Below, piece by piece: positions 51,793 through 62,180 of a stretch of 64,000 bases of DNA; the stretch's first letter is position 1, and every line of letters starts with the position of its first letter. The position numbers were made by a program, and so were the translations under genes. This stretch comes from Bacteriovoracaceae bacterium (GTDB lineage: Bacteria > Bdellovibrionota > Bacteriovoracia > Bacteriovoracales > Bacteriovoracaceae). The notes beneath the pieces are model-generated. The model was given only the letters and a program-made list of their open reading frames with translations, searched no databases and was not told the origin of the DNA. The DNA is taken from positions 1 through 64,000 of the forward strand of contig JBFGZE010000003.1 of NCBI GenBank assembly GCA_041586955.1. The letters are read 5' to 3'.

Positions 51793-52331
51793 ACAGGTCC
51801 TCCAAAAATGGTTCGATCTATTGTATATTCCGTCTTAAACACAGATTCGATGGCCCTTAGGACATTCGAGTAAAAGTTATTAGCGGTTAGTTCATTTTGA
51901 AAATTTGACAGCATTTTCTCTAAGGCCGGTAAAAGAATCTTTTCAGATAATTCTTTTTTGTCGTCCTCATTGATTACTGACATTAATTTTAAAAAGTTAG
52001 TGAGGTGATCAGGAAGTTCAACTCCTGTTTCAACATTATTCTCTTTTTGTAGTCGCTGAATATTGACCAAAAACTCACCTCGTTTATAATCTTCTCCAAA
52101 AAGAACATAACCTATGTCTAAACAACACAGACCTTTAATATCAAAAGTTCGAGTGTAGATTTCCTCTAGTTCATCTAAGTCTTGCTTGTTGACATAATCC
52201 TCAAAGCCTAATAATAGCTTTGATGCCTCGGGATATTGATCTTTCATCTGATCAATTCCAGATTTTAGGGACGATTTGAAATCAGCACGTGGATAATCTG
52301 AAATCGTTGATAGGATTTGATAGGCGTCCAT
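51786..52331 (-). CDS. narJ: Nitrate reductase Mo-cofactor assembly chaperone
   Basis: YTRTFD, LFGEDYKRG, ELPDHL. Confidence 0.9.
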   Translation of the reverse strand: MDAYQILSTISDYPRADFKSSLKSGIDQMKDQYPEASKLLLGFEDYVNKQDLDELEEIYTRTFDIKGLCCLDIGYVLFGEDYKRGEFLVNIQRLQKENNVETGVELPDHLTNFLKLMSVINEDDKKELSEKILLPALEKMLSNFQNELTANNFYSNVLRAIESVFKTEYTIDRTIFGGPVC

Positions 52332-52333
52332 CG

Positions 52334-53824
52334 TTATTTCACCCTTTTTGGTTTCTCATTAAAACCAAATCCAGTTTCACCCTTATGCTCAAGAACCATT
52401 TTGGTCATTTCAATTGCTTCTTCACGATGGGAAGGAGGAATCACAAACCTTTCTTCAAATGTACATAGGGAAGACAATTTAAAGACATCATCTGCCATTT
52501 TAGCGGTCAGACCAGCTTCATTGAGAGAACCGACGGCATGCTCACCGGGCAAGTCCCCAACGGTCTCACTACGACGATGGATTCTTACGGCCATTAATTT
52601 TTTAAGGATATCTCGAACACGACCTTGGTCACCTGCAGAAAAGAGACTCGCCAAATACTTAATCGGTAAGCGACAATCGTCGATGCTGGTAAAATATGTT
52701 TGTTTGGCGTGATCATAAAGATTATCTGTCACATTACCCATAATTGGTAAAAGAGGTGGAACATAAAATAGCATGGGAACAGTTCTGTGTTCAGCGTGTA
52801 AAGGTAATGCCAATCCCCATTCTTTGACCCATTTATATACTGGTGACTTCTGTGCTGCTTCAATCATTGAATCAGCAATTCCATTCTTCTTACACTCTTT
52901 AATGACTTCAGGGTCAAAAGGATCGACGATGGCATCCATTTGGGCATCAATTAATTTATCTTCGTCCATATGAGCAATTTCTTTTATTTTGTCGGCGTCA
53001 TAAAGAAGAACACCTAAATAACGAATTCGTCCGACACACGAGTGAAAACATGCAGGTGCTTCACCAACTTCGAGACGAGGGAAGCAGAGAATACATTTCT
53101 CTGATTTACCGCTGGCCCAATTATAATATGTCTTTTTATAGGGACAAGCTGTAACGCACATTCTCCAAGCACGGCATTTTTCTTGGTTAATAAGAACAAC
53201 ACCATCCTCACCTCTTTTATAAATTGCTCCAGATGGGCAGCTGGCAAGGCAAGCAGGATTTAAACAATGATTACAAATACGGGGTAAATACATCATTACC
53301 AAACGTTCTAGCTTAAACATCTCTTCTTGCTCTTGTGCTGTTAGAGCAGAGAAATTTGGATCGTTTTTAGCGTAAATTTCAGAACCGCCTAAATCATCAT
53401 CCCAATTGGGGCCTGATTTGACCTCAATTTGCTCACCTGTAATAAGTGATATGGGACGGGCCGTTGGTTGATCATTTCCTTCTGGAGAATCGATTAAGTC
53501 TGAATAGGTATAAGTCCATGGTTCATAATAATCTTCAATGACAGGCAAATTAGGATTATGAAAAATATTTTTTAGTCCTCTAAATTTACCGGCACCTCGA
53601 AGGTTAACTTTACCACCCTCTTTTATCCAGCCACCCTTATAATCGTTTTGATCTTCCCAGCGATACGGATAACCCGTTCCAGGCTTTGTCTCAACGTTAT
53701 TCCACCACATGTACTCCGCGCCTTTGCGATCAGTCCAAAGGTTTTTACAAGCAATGGAACAGGTATGACATCCGATACATTTGTCGAGATGAAAAACCAT
53801 TGAAATTTGCGATTTAATATCCAT
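52334..53824 (-). CDS. narH: Nitrate reductase / nitrite oxidoreductase beta subunit
   Basis: LDKCIGCHTCSIACK, PRICNHCLNPAC, CRAWRMCVTACPY, KCILCFPR. Confidence 0.97.
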   Translation of the reverse strand: MDIKSQISMVFHLDKCIGCHTCSIACKNLWTDRKGAEYMWWNNVETKPGTGYPYRWEDQNDYKGGWIKEGGKVNLRGAGKFRGLKNIFHNPNLPVIEDYYEPWTYTYSDLIDSPEGNDQPTARPISLITGEQIEVKSGPNWDDDLGGSEIYAKNDPNFSALTAQEQEEMFKLERLVMMYLPRICNHCLNPACLASCPSGAIYKRGEDGVVLINQEKCRAWRMCVTACPYKKTYYNWASGKSEKCILCFPRLEVGEAPACFHSCVGRIRYLGVLLYDADKIKEIAHMDEDKLIDAQMDAIVDPFDPEVIKECKKNGIADSMIEAAQKSPVYKWVKEWGLALPLHAEHRTVPMLFYVPPLLPIMGNVTDNLYDHAKQTYFTSIDDCRLPIKYLASLFSAGDQGRVRDILKKLMAVRIHRRSETVGDLPGEHAVGSLNEAGLTAKMADDVFKLSSLCTFEERFVIPPSHREEAIEMTKMVLEHKGETGFGFNEKPKRVK

Positions 53825-53869
53825 AATTTATACCTTTCTATCCTCATTCCTTTATTTAACGACCAAATT

Positions 53870-56800
53870 TTACCAATCAACCTTATCTAATTTGCGGACC
53901 AAGATATGAGTATCTCTATTGACCCCAGTCGGCCCCCAATAATTAAAATGATAAGTAAATTGAGCATAACCGCCCATCATCAAATTCGGTTTCAAATGAA
54001 CTCTGGTAAGAGAGTTATTCATACCCGCTCGGCGATTTCCTCGACTAGGGGATTTTGGAGTCCCATAAGTCCTTTCCGTTGCGTGATAAACAATACAAAC
54101 ACCTGGCGGAATACGAGCACTCACGTTGGCCCGCGTGACAACAACACCATTATCATTAATGACTTCCACATAATCATTGTCTTTAATGTCTAATTTGGCC
54201 GCATCCTCAGGACTCATCCAAAATGGCTCTGCTCCCCTAGAAAGAGTCAACATGCGAAGAGTGTCACCATAGGTCGAGTGAATATGCCACTTCCCATGAG
54301 GAGTTAAATAATTGAGACGTAAACAATTTCCTTCAGGTTTAGTAACTCGAAGGTCTCCATAGGCTTCAGGGCTCGGCGATGGTTTATACGTTGGTAAATT
54401 CTCACCAAAGGAAATATAGCCTTCATGATCTAAATACAGACTTTGACGACCGGTTAACGTTCTCCAGGGAACCATACGATCGACATTATAAGTAAAGGCG
54501 GAATAAGTTCGACCATTTTCAATAATGCCCGACCAGATAGGACTTGAATGAAGCCTTTTTGGTGCCGCCTGAATGTCCTTAAAGTTCATTCTCACGCCTC
54601 TATTTTTTTCCGCGAGATCCTTTAATTTCAGTCCTGTTATTTTTTCCATCCCCTCGTAAGCACGGTAGGCCAACTCGCCATTAGTCTCTGAAGCAAAGGC
54701 CAAAATGGTATTACAAACATCATACCCATCTTCTAATGAGGGATAGGTATTGCCATCAAATTCATGAGTCGTTTGCGTTTTCATGCGCTCATCATACATA
54801 TCAGAGATATCGTATTTTACACCATGGGCCCCAATGCCGTTATTACGAGCGTTTGGACCAAATGAGCAAAATTTGTCATAAATCTTGGTATAATCTCTTT
54901 CCGTAACCACTAATTTATACATCGACTTACCAAGTTCGGGCTCACATTCACCCTTCGCCCAGTCTTTAATGCTCGGTTGAGATAATTCATCAATTGTATC
55001 GTGTTGCAATGGAACTGAGACGATGTCTTTAACAGGTCCTGTGAAGTGCTTTTTCGCAAGCTCTGAGGTAACTTTAGCAATACTTTTAAAGGTATCCCAA
55101 TCTGACTTTGACTCCCAAACAGGAGGGATGGCCTTGGCCAATGGGTGAATAAAAGTATGCATATCGGTGGTATTTAAATCAAATTTTTCATACCAAGAAG
55201 CCGCCGGTAAAACGATATCAGAATAAAGAGCACTAGTGTCCATTCTAAAATTGATATCGACAACTAAATCCATTTTTCCAGTAGGAGCTTCTTCATACCA
55301 CTTAATCTCTTTAACAGAGTCCTTGGCACATTCAGGAGCGATCTTATTGGTATGTGTTCCTAGATAATGATTAAGGAAATATTCGTGTCCCTTAGCTGAG
55401 GTGCCGATGGCATTTCCACGCCAAATATACCAAACTCTGGGAAAACTTTCTGGCGCATCAATATCCTCAATCGCCGGTGTAATTTTCTTATTAACGACCT
55501 TATCAAATACAAATTTCTTGATATCGTCATCTGTAGAAGCCCCCCCCTCTTGTGCCTCTTTACAAAGGTTAAGGGAGTTTTCTTTATACTGAGGATAAAA
55601 CGGAAGCCAACCATTTCTGACCGCCTTCGCATTAAGATCGGCCGTATGGCCTTTTGAAATAGGATCTTCTTCAGGAGACGCATTGATCTCATTATAATCA
55701 CCGTCATAACGCCATTGATCTGTATGCATATAATGCCAAGATGGCGCGTTTTGTAAACGAACCGGAGCTTGCCAATCTTTTGCAAAGGCAATCGCTCCCC
55801 ATGGTGCAGCTGGTGCTAGTTTTTCCTGACCAACATAATGGTTTAGGCCACCACCATTTTTTCCGACACAACCGCAAAGAATAAGAGCATTTTGAGCGGC
55901 CCGATAAATTAAATTATTATGGTACCAATGATCGATCCCTGCTCCGATGATGACGGAACATTTCCCTTCAGTGGAGGCCGCAGTATTGCCCCAATCTCTC
56001 GCAAAATTAATGACCGTTTCTTGACCAATTCCGGTGAAGCGCTCTTGCCACGCAGGAGTATAAGAAGCCGTTTCATCATTATAATCACTGGGGTAATCAC
56101 CAGCTAACCCTCTACCGACTCCGTATTGCGCCATTAATAAATCGTATACTGTTGTGACAGGAACTTTTTTTCCGTCATTCGTTTCGATATAGCGAACAGG
56201 AACACCTCGTTTATAATTATTGTCTAAACCAAACTCGGTAAATTCAACCTGCAATACTTCATCATGATTATTTAAAAGAGTTAAGCTGGGATTAATTGGA
56301 CTATCATCGAGAGTATCCTTTAACTCAAGGTTCCATTGCCCCTTTTTCTCTTGCCAGCGATGCCCCATGGTCCCCTTAGGCATTTTAAGTTCATTCGATT
56401 CCTCATCGAGAACAAGAAATTTCCAATCCCCATGTTCTTCTTGGGCATATTTATCGACTCTACCAGCTCTTAAAAAGCGCCCTGGCCTAAAACCACCATC
56501 CTTTTCGGTGACTTCTACTAAAAATGGGTTATCTGTATATTTCTTTTGGTAATCCATGAAATAGGGCGTTTGCTTTTCATGGTGAAATTCCTTCATAAGG
56601 ACATGAACAACAGACATCCAAAAAGCGCCATCTTGCCCAGCGTGAACAGGAACCCATTCATCACCAAACTTCGCTACCTGATTAAAGTCCGGAGAAAAAA
56701 CCGTCACCTTTGTGCCATTCATCTTCGCTTCAGGAATAAAATGGCAATCAGGTGTTCTAGTCATATTTAGATTGGCACCCATGATGGCAATCATCTTGGA

Positions 56801-57487
56801 ATTATACCAATCAGCAGATTCACCAACATCAGTTTGCTCACCCCATGTTTCAGGAGATGATGGAGGTAAATCGCAATACCAATCATAAAAAGATAAACAG
56901 ACACCACCCATCAATTGAAGAAATCGGGCACCTGAAGCATAACTAATTTGTGACATGGCAGGAATTGGAGAAAATCCTGTAATTCGATCCGGCCCATGAT
57001 TTTTTACGGTATAAATATTAGAAGCGGCAATCAATTCCAACATTTCATCCCAGGAGGCCCGTCTAAATCCTCCCTTACCACGCGCCTTTTGATAGCGCTT
57101 ACGAGCAGAGGGATTATCCTGAATCGATTTCCAAGCGTCGACAGGGTCTTTATGTTGCTTTTTGGCATCTCTCCATATATCGAGTAGAGCGCCTCTCACA
57201 TAGGGGTACTTAATACGAATTGGGCTATAGAGATACCAACTAAAGGAAATCCCTCTTTGACAGCCACGTGGTTCATACGGTGGAATTTCGGGGTTTATGA
57301 TGGGATAATCAACGGCCTGTAATTCCCAGGTGACAATTCCATCTTTTACGCAAACATTCCATGAACAACTACCCGTACAATTCACTCCGTGGGTAGAACG
57401 AACAATTTTATCATGTTGAAAGCGATTGCGGTAAAACTCTTCCCACAAACGTGCTTTTGGTGAAACAATATCGTCAATCCAACTCAT
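53870..57487 (-). CDS. narG: Nitrate reductase / nitrite oxidoreductase alpha subunit (no Tat signal)
   Basis: [52 protein letters not shown]. Confidence 0.97.
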   Translation of the reverse strand: MSWIDDIVSPKARLWEEFYRNRFQHDKIVRSTHGVNCTGSCSWNVCVKDGIVTWELQAVDYPIINPEIPPYEPRGCQRGISFSWYLYSPIRIKYPYVRGALLDIWRDAKKQHKDPVDAWKSIQDNPSARKRYQKARGKGGFRRASWDEMLELIAASNIYTVKNHGPDRITGFSPIPAMSQISYASGARFLQLMGGVCLSFYDWYCDLPPSSPETWGEQTDVGESADWYNSKMIAIMGANLNMTRTPDCHFIPEAKMNGTKVTVFSPDFNQVAKFGDEWVPVHAGQDGAFWMSVVHVLMKEFHHEKQTPYFMDYQKKYTDNPFLVEVTEKDGGFRPGRFLRAGRVDKYAQEEHGDWKFLVLDEESNELKMPKGTMGHRWQEKKGQWNLELKDTLDDSPINPSLTLLNNHDEVLQVEFTEFGLDNNYKRGVPVRYIETNDGKKVPVTTVYDLLMAQYGVGRGLAGDYPSDYNDETASYTPAWQERFTGIGQETVINFARDWGNTAASTEGKCSVIIGAGIDHWYHNNLIYRAAQNALILCGCVGKNGGGLNHYVGQEKLAPAAPWGAIAFAKDWQAPVRLQNAPSWHYMHTDQWRYDGDYNEINASPEEDPISKGHTADLNAKAVRNGWLPFYPQYKENSLNLCKEAQEGGASTDDDIKKFVFDKVVNKKITPAIEDIDAPESFPRVWYIWRGNAIGTSAKGHEYFLNHYLGTHTNKIAPECAKDSVKEIKWYEEAPTGKMDLVVDINFRMDTSALYSDIVLPAASWYEKFDLNTTDMHTFIHPLAKAIPPVWESKSDWDTFKSIAKVTSELAKKHFTGPVKDIVSVPLQHDTIDELSQPSIKDWAKGECEPELGKSMYKLVVTERDYTKIYDKFCSFGPNARNNGIGAHGVKYDISDMYDERMKTQTTHEFDGNTYPSLEDGYDVCNTILAFASETNGELAYRAYEGMEKITGLKLKDLAEKNRGVRMNFKDIQAAPKRLHSSPIWSGIIENGRTYSAFTYNVDRMVPWRTLTGRQSLYLDHEGYISFGENLPTYKPSPSPEAYGDLRVTKPEGNCLRLNYLTPHGKWHIHSTYGDTLRMLTLSRGAEPFWMSPEDAAKLDIKDNDYVEVINDNGVVVTRANVSARIPPGVCIVYHATERTYGTPKSPSRGNRRAGMNNSLTRVHLKPNLMMGGYAQFTYHFNYWGPTGVNRDTHILVRKLDKVDW

Positions 57488-57507
57488 ATATAGTCTCCTA
57501 GACTTTT

Positions 57508-58302
57508 TTAGTCTCGAAATGGTCTTCGTGTTTTTTTAATTCGGCCTTTCCATAAAAGATCAAAGGCACCCAGTACTAATAAGAACCCGATGATTCCCAA
57601 AAAGAAAAATTTCTTTTTGTGGCCGTTATCAACTTTTTTAGCGCGATCAACGCTCCATAAATAGGACTTGATTTGATAGGCCTCATCATCTGTCAGGGGG
57701 TTTTTCTTATAGAGACGAACCATTGTAGGAAAAGAAACGTTACGAATAACCTTCGATAGTCCTTTGTCATTATAGCTCGTATAAACATTTGTCAGATCTG
57801 GACCCAGTCCGCCGCCACCTAGCAATCCCGCTTCACCTGCACTATGGCAGGATAAGCAAGAAGGACCGCCATTTTTCAAGCGAGTCGCCCCAGTAAATAA
57901 ATTTTTACCTTGGTCAATTTCAAAGTCGTTGGCGCTGAGGGCCGATCTTAATTTTTCTACCGCGGACTTAACCTTACCACTATCAATATAGGCAATAAGC
58001 TCTTCCGCCTCGGAATCATCCAACTCTTGGTCAGGCATCTTCTTTCTTTTGTATTTCACGAATAATTCGTTAGCGATAGGATCACCCTCTTCAATCATAG
58101 ACTGGGATTCTTGAATAAAGCGGATAAGCCATTTCTTATCCCGTTTCTTTGAAACCCCCTTTAAGTCGGGTCCAACATCGTCACCTTGTCCAACGGTATG
58201 GCAACTCATACACTTCTGTTGAAAATAAGTGGCGGGTTCAAAAGCAAGTAAGGGCGTTAACCCTAGCAAACACAGTAAAATAAAAAGGAAACGATCCTTC
58301 AT
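57508..58302 (-). CDS. Membrane-anchored periplasmic diheme cytochrome c (NarC-like)
   Basis: Signal peptide, CMSCH...GPDL, CLSCH...GPDL, C-terminal TM; first gene of the operon. Confidence 0.85.
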   Translation of the reverse strand: MKDRFLFILLCLLGLTPLLAFEPATYFQQKCMSCHTVGQGDDVGPDLKGVSKKRDKKWLIRFIQESQSMIEEGDPIANELFVKYKRKKMPDQELDDSEAEELIAYIDSGKVKSAVEKLRSALSANDFEIDQGKNLFTGATRLKNGGPSCLSCHSAGEAGLLGGGGLGPDLTNVYTSYNDKGLSKVIRNVSFPTMVRLYKKNPLTDDEAYQIKSYLWSVDRAKKVDNGHKKKFFFLGIIGFLLVLGAFDLLWKGRIKKTRRPFRD

Positions 58303-58399
58303 AATGATCCTCTTATTAATAATTGAAGTTCACAAAAAGTAATTAATACTAAATTAACGACGCTCACCCGTTTTCAACATGCCATCAATAAGCAAAAAA

Positions 58400-58415
58400 T
58401 GTGATAGTTCTCAGG
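58400..58415. promoter_or_regulatory. Possible CRP/FNR-family site upstream of nar-act operon
   Basis: TGTGA-TAGTTC-TCAGG, 8/10 match to TGTGA-N6-TCACA. Confidence 0.3.
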
Positions 58416-58503
58416 TTGAATTTTTACGGCATCAATAAATCTTGTTGATACAATTCTATAGCTTTTTTTAGGGGAATTTATGAAAGAGGAGAGGACTAGA
58501 AGT

Positions 58504-58553
58504 AAAAAATGCCTTCTGCCCCCTCTACAAAAGGCTTTGAGGAAACAAAAGGC
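58504..58553 (-). terminator. Intrinsic terminator ending the feo operon
   Basis: Minus strand GCCTTTTGTTTCCTC / GAGGGGGCAGAAGGC stem (with G-U pairs) followed by T run. Confidence 0.6.
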
Positions 58554-58580
58554 TGATTTATGTAATCATTTATTTTTTTG

Positions 58581-58862
58581 TTATTTCTTCTTATTGATAA
58601 TGGTATTGGCCTTATCAAATTCTTTTTTCTCCAAAGACTGATATACATCATCCAGCATACTTTCATCGAAAGTTTTACCGTCCAAAAACTTAAGTGTTAC
58701 AATCGCCGATACCTCAAGGGACTTAAGTGCCGCCTTAACGATTTCTTCCTTCTCTGTGTCACTTTTCTTGTCATATGGAATAACTTCCTCAAGATTTTCT
58801 AAAGCGTAGTGGCTGATAACTGATAATAATTTACCTAGATTTTGATCACTTATTGTGTCCAT
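58581..58862 (-). CDS. Hypothetical protein (93 aa) in feo operon
   Basis: AGGAG RBS before MDTISDQ. Confidence 0.6.
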   Translation of the reverse strand: MDTISDQNLGKLLSVISHYALENLEEVIPYDKKSDTEKEEIVKAALKSLEVSAIVTLKFLDGKTFDESMLDDVYQSLEKKEFDKANTIINKKK

Positions 58863-58887
58863 TTTTTCTCCTATCTTCTCTATTGAA

Positions 58888-59046
58888 TTATTTTTTGATG
58901 CCGCAATGACACCCTCCACACTCTGTTTTGCTGCACGGATTGGCCAATTGATGTTTTCCTCTCTTTGGCACAAGCTTACTTGTTAATCCTCGCAGTATAT
59001 ATAAGGAAGCGATAAACAAAATTAAAAAAACAATCGCCTGCTCCAT
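58888..59046 (-). CDS. FeoB-associated Cys-rich membrane protein (52 aa)
   Basis: MEQAIVFLILF TM then CSKTECGGCHC; directly after feoB. Confidence 0.8.
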   Translation of the reverse strand: MEQAIVFLILFIASLYILRGLTSKLVPKRGKHQLANPCSKTECGGCHCGIKK

Positions 59047-59057
59047 TTTATCCCCCT

Positions 59058-61250
59058 TTAGAATATTGTATTCACAATAACCGCCACTATAAATGCGAGT
59101 CCTGTGTAACCAAATACCGTAAAAGCACCCCATTTACGTGATCCCGTTTCTTTACCAATCATCACCACAGTAACAAAACAGGGCGCATAAAGGATGGTAA
59201 AAAAGATCAAGGCCAAGGCCACTCCCCGATCCCAGGCGGGATCCTTGGCCAATTGCGTGGCCAAAGAACCTGTTTCTTCAGGGTCGACTGCTCCGATGGA
59301 ATAAGCGGTCCCTAAGGTTGAGACAACAATCTCTTTAGCAGCGATACCACCAATAATGGCAATATTTGTTCGCCAATCAAAGCCTGCATACTTTGTTATT
59401 GGTTCTAATAAAATTCCGGTACGCCCGGCTAGAGAATACCGTAATCCTATTTGAGATTCTTGATTATCAATGAGAATCAACTCTTTTTTTAGCTTTAAGG
59501 CCTGTTCCGATAATTCCTCATTATCCTCTTTGACCTCGTTTACAATATCCTGAGGATAATTTTTCGCAATTATTGTCTTCTGATCTTCAAACTGACGGCG
59601 TTCAGATTCTGGAAGCTGTGGGAAGGTCATCAATCCCCAAAGAATAATCGACATCGCCAAGATTGTGGTGCCGGCCTTGCGAACATACATCCACGTTTTT
59701 TCCCAAGAATGAAAAATAAGACCTTTCATTGTGGGAAAGCGATAAGGAGGGAGTTCCATAATAAAACTTGAGGCCTCTCCCTTAATAATAGTACTTCCTA
59801 AAACTTTCGCCATAATCAAAGCAGAGAGCCAACTAAGTAAAGTAACCCCTAATAATAGGAAGCCTTTATTTCCTGGAAAAAACGCCGAAATAAGTAGAGC
59901 AAAAACCGGAAGCTTCGCTCCGCATACCATAAAAGGAGCGGTCAAAATGGTTAACAAGCGCTCCTTATGGCCTTTAATTGTTCGTGTCGCCATCACTCCC
60001 GGAACGGCACAGCCGCCAGCAATCCCCCCTGATACGACATAGGGAAGAACTGAACTTCCTTGCAATCCAAATAAGCGAAAGAGCCTATCGAGCATATAGG
60101 CAACGCGGGCCATATATCCAGCATCTTCCAATATGGCGATCCCAAAAAACATAAACAGGATGAGAGGGGTAAATCCAAGAACCCCCCCAACTCCTCCTAT
60201 GATCCCATCAACAATAAGCGATTTTAATAACCCATCAGGTAATGCATTATTCGTCGTCGTCGCCAATACTTCAAAGAGCGATTCAAGCCAAGCAACAGGA
60301 TACTCACTCGCCCAAAAGGTAAATTGATAAGAAAAATATAGAATGGCCAAAAGAACAAAAGGACCAATATACCGGTGAGTGAGGACACGATCAATTCTAT
60401 CAGAGATGAAGATGCGGTCCACAGCAGATTCTTTTCGAGTAATAACTTCTTTTAGCACCGAGCTCACTATTCCATAGCGATAATTGGCAACAGCTCCTTC
60501 ACAATTGGTGTCATGAATTTTGATAATATGCTCGGTCAATTTTTTAATTTGACCTATTAGCTCAATATGTAATTTGATATTATCATTTTTACCCAATTCG
60601 AGAACTTGCTGATCTCCCTCAATATACTTTAAAGCGACCCAACGAGAGGAATATTTATCTTTAAGAAAACCCTGTTCCTCGATAGACTTTGCTAAATCTT
60701 CGAGAAGAACATCTATATCTTCACCATAAGAAAAGTCCTCAATAGCAAATGATTTTTCGTTTGCTTGATAATGAGTAATGGCCTTTAAAAGCTCCTCTTT
60801 TCCTTTATCTTTTCTTGCAATGGTGGGAATAATAGGAAGTCTTAGATTTTTTGATAACCGCTCAATATCAATCAATATTTCACGTTTTTCCGCGACATCG
60901 GTCATATTAAGGGCAAGAATTAATGGCACACCAAGCTCCATTAATTGCACTGTTAAATAGAGGTTTCGTTCAATATTAGAGGCATCAACCACCTGAACGA
61001 TAAGGTCTGGTTTTTCATCAACAATATAGTCCCTCGCCACTTTTTCTTCCAATGAATAGGGAGTTAGAGAATAAACTCCGGGGAGGTCGACGAGGTTAAT
61101 TGATTTATCATCAAATTGAATGGTCGCTGATTTTTTTTCCACGGTAACGCCAGGGTAATTCGCAACGTGATAATTGGTTCCCGCGAGAGCATTAAAAAGA
61201 GTTGTTTTTCCACTATTAGGGTTTCCAGCGATGGCAACATTAATATTCAT
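59058..61250 (-). CDS. feoB: Ferrous iron transporter B
   Basis: GNPNSGKTT, NYPGVTVE, DLPG, NMTD, MELPPYR, AKEIVV. Confidence 0.97.
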   Translation of the reverse strand: MNINVAIAGNPNSGKTTLFNALAGTNYHVANYPGVTVEKKSATIQFDDKSINLVDLPGVYSLTPYSLEEKVARDYIVDEKPDLIVQVVDASNIERNLYLTVQLMELGVPLILALNMTDVAEKREILIDIERLSKNLRLPIIPTIARKDKGKEELLKAITHYQANEKSFAIEDFSYGEDIDVLLEDLAKSIEEQGFLKDKYSSRWVALKYIEGDQQVLELGKNDNIKLHIELIGQIKKLTEHIIKIHDTNCEGAVANYRYGIVSSVLKEVITRKESAVDRIFISDRIDRVLTHRYIGPFVLLAILYFSYQFTFWASEYPVAWLESLFEVLATTTNNALPDGLLKSLIVDGIIGGVGGVLGFTPLILFMFFGIAILEDAGYMARVAYMLDRLFRLFGLQGSSVLPYVVSGGIAGGCAVPGVMATRTIKGHKERLLTILTAPFMVCGAKLPVFALLISAFFPGNKGFLLLGVTLLSWLSALIMAKVLGSTIIKGEASSFIMELPPYRFPTMKGLIFHSWEKTWMYVRKAGTTILAMSIILWGLMTFPQLPESERRQFEDQKTIIAKNYPQDIVNEVKEDNEELSEQALKLKKELILIDNQESQIGLRYSLAGRTGILLEPITKYAGFDWRTNIAIIGGIAAKEIVVSTLGTAYSIGAVDPEETGSLATQLAKDPAWDRGVALALIFFTILYAPCFVTVVMIGKETGSRKWGAFTVFGYTGLAFIVAVIVNTIF

Positions 61251-61488
61251 TAATGTCCCCTTCGATGCGAACTAAAATATAATTGGCCTCATTATTTCTT
61301 AATGTTAAAACGTTATCTCTCACTTTAATGGCAATAGGATCATATAAGGGGGCCTCGCCTAGCATTTTTAACTCTATCCCAGGAGTTATCCCCATCTCAC
61401 GGATTCTTCTGCCTAATTCGTTTTGCGCTGTAATTTTTAAAATAATTCCTTTTTGATTTTTAGTCATTTGTCTCAAGTTAACTTCCAT
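61240..61488 (-). CDS. feoA: Ferrous iron transport protein A
   Basis: RRIREMGITPG, APLYDP, LTLRNNEA. Confidence 0.93.
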   Translation of the reverse strand: MEVNLRQMTKNQKGIILKITAQNELGRRIREMGITPGIELKMLGEAPLYDPIAIKVRDNVLTLRNNEANYILVRIEGDINEY

Positions 61489-61542
61489 TTATCTGCTCCA
61501 CTAATATACTCGATACTCGCCGCTGGATTTGCGACGCACAAA

Positions 61543-61560
61543 AGTTTGACATATCAAACT
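61543..61560. promoter_or_regulatory. Palindromic operator upstream of feoA
   Basis: AGTTTGA-CATA-TCAAACT dyad. Confidence 0.6.
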
Positions 61561-61721
61561 ATAATCGACACGCCACATGAATTCCCTGACTAAGATCAGC
61601 TCCATTCCTAAATTTTCTCTACCTATTTTAAAAATAAGAAAGTGATGTACATCTTTTTTATTCTGCATCCTGCATAGTACTTTCTGGACAATAACCTATT
61701 CCCCATTAAAAGGCGGTCCTA

Positions 61722-62153
61722 ATGAGTCTCTTTGAATGTACACGAAAGATTAACTTTTGCTCTGGCCATAGAATTGTCGGCCACGAAAAGAAATGCGCGA
61801 ATGCGCACGGTCATAACTATACTCTTTTTATTACTGCCCGATCAAATCAATTAGATAGCATTGGCAGAGTGATTGATTTTTCCGACCTTAAAAAAATGAT
61901 GGAAGGCTGGATTGATCAAAACTGGGATCATACTTTTATTATTTTCGAAAAAGATGAATTATTGATGCCCTTAAAAGATAAACTAACAATAAATAAAAAA
62001 GTGTTCGTCTCACCATTTAATCCAACTGCGGAGAATATGGCCAATTATCTGCTCACCGAAGTCTGTCCTGACATATTTAAAGAAAAAGGAATCGTTGTGA
62101 CAAAGGTAGAAATTTGGGAAAGTGATAAAAACAAGGTCACAGTCTCTCTTTAA
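61722..62153 (+). CDS. queD: 6-carboxy-5,6,7,8-tetrahydropterin synthase
   Basis: CANAHGHNY, DFSDLK, WDH, NPTAENMA, IWES. Confidence 0.9.
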   Translation: MSLFECTRKINFCSGHRIVGHEKKCANAHGHNYTLFITARSNQLDSIGRVIDFSDLKKMMEGWIDQNWDHTFIIFEKDELLMPLKDKLTINKKVFVSPFNPTAENMANYLLTEVCPDIFKEKGIVVTKVEIWESDKNKVTVSL

Positions 62154-62180
62154 TTTAAAAGACTACAACCTATTTAAAGT

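Noticed and set aside
58370..58460. FNR box upstream of the nar operon
   Set aside because: Only TTGAT half-sites; no full TTGAT-N4-ATCAA
58488..58536. GGAGAGG-ACTAG...CCCTCT-ACAAAA, resembling a preQ1-I riboswitch
   Set aside because: Loop far too long, no pseudoknot tail, no downstream plus-strand gene; explained by the feo terminator. None seen upstream of queD either
61722..62153. queD as a molybdopterin gene serving Nar
   Set aside because: QueD belongs to queuosine/pterin synthesis, not Moco; adjacency is probably incidental
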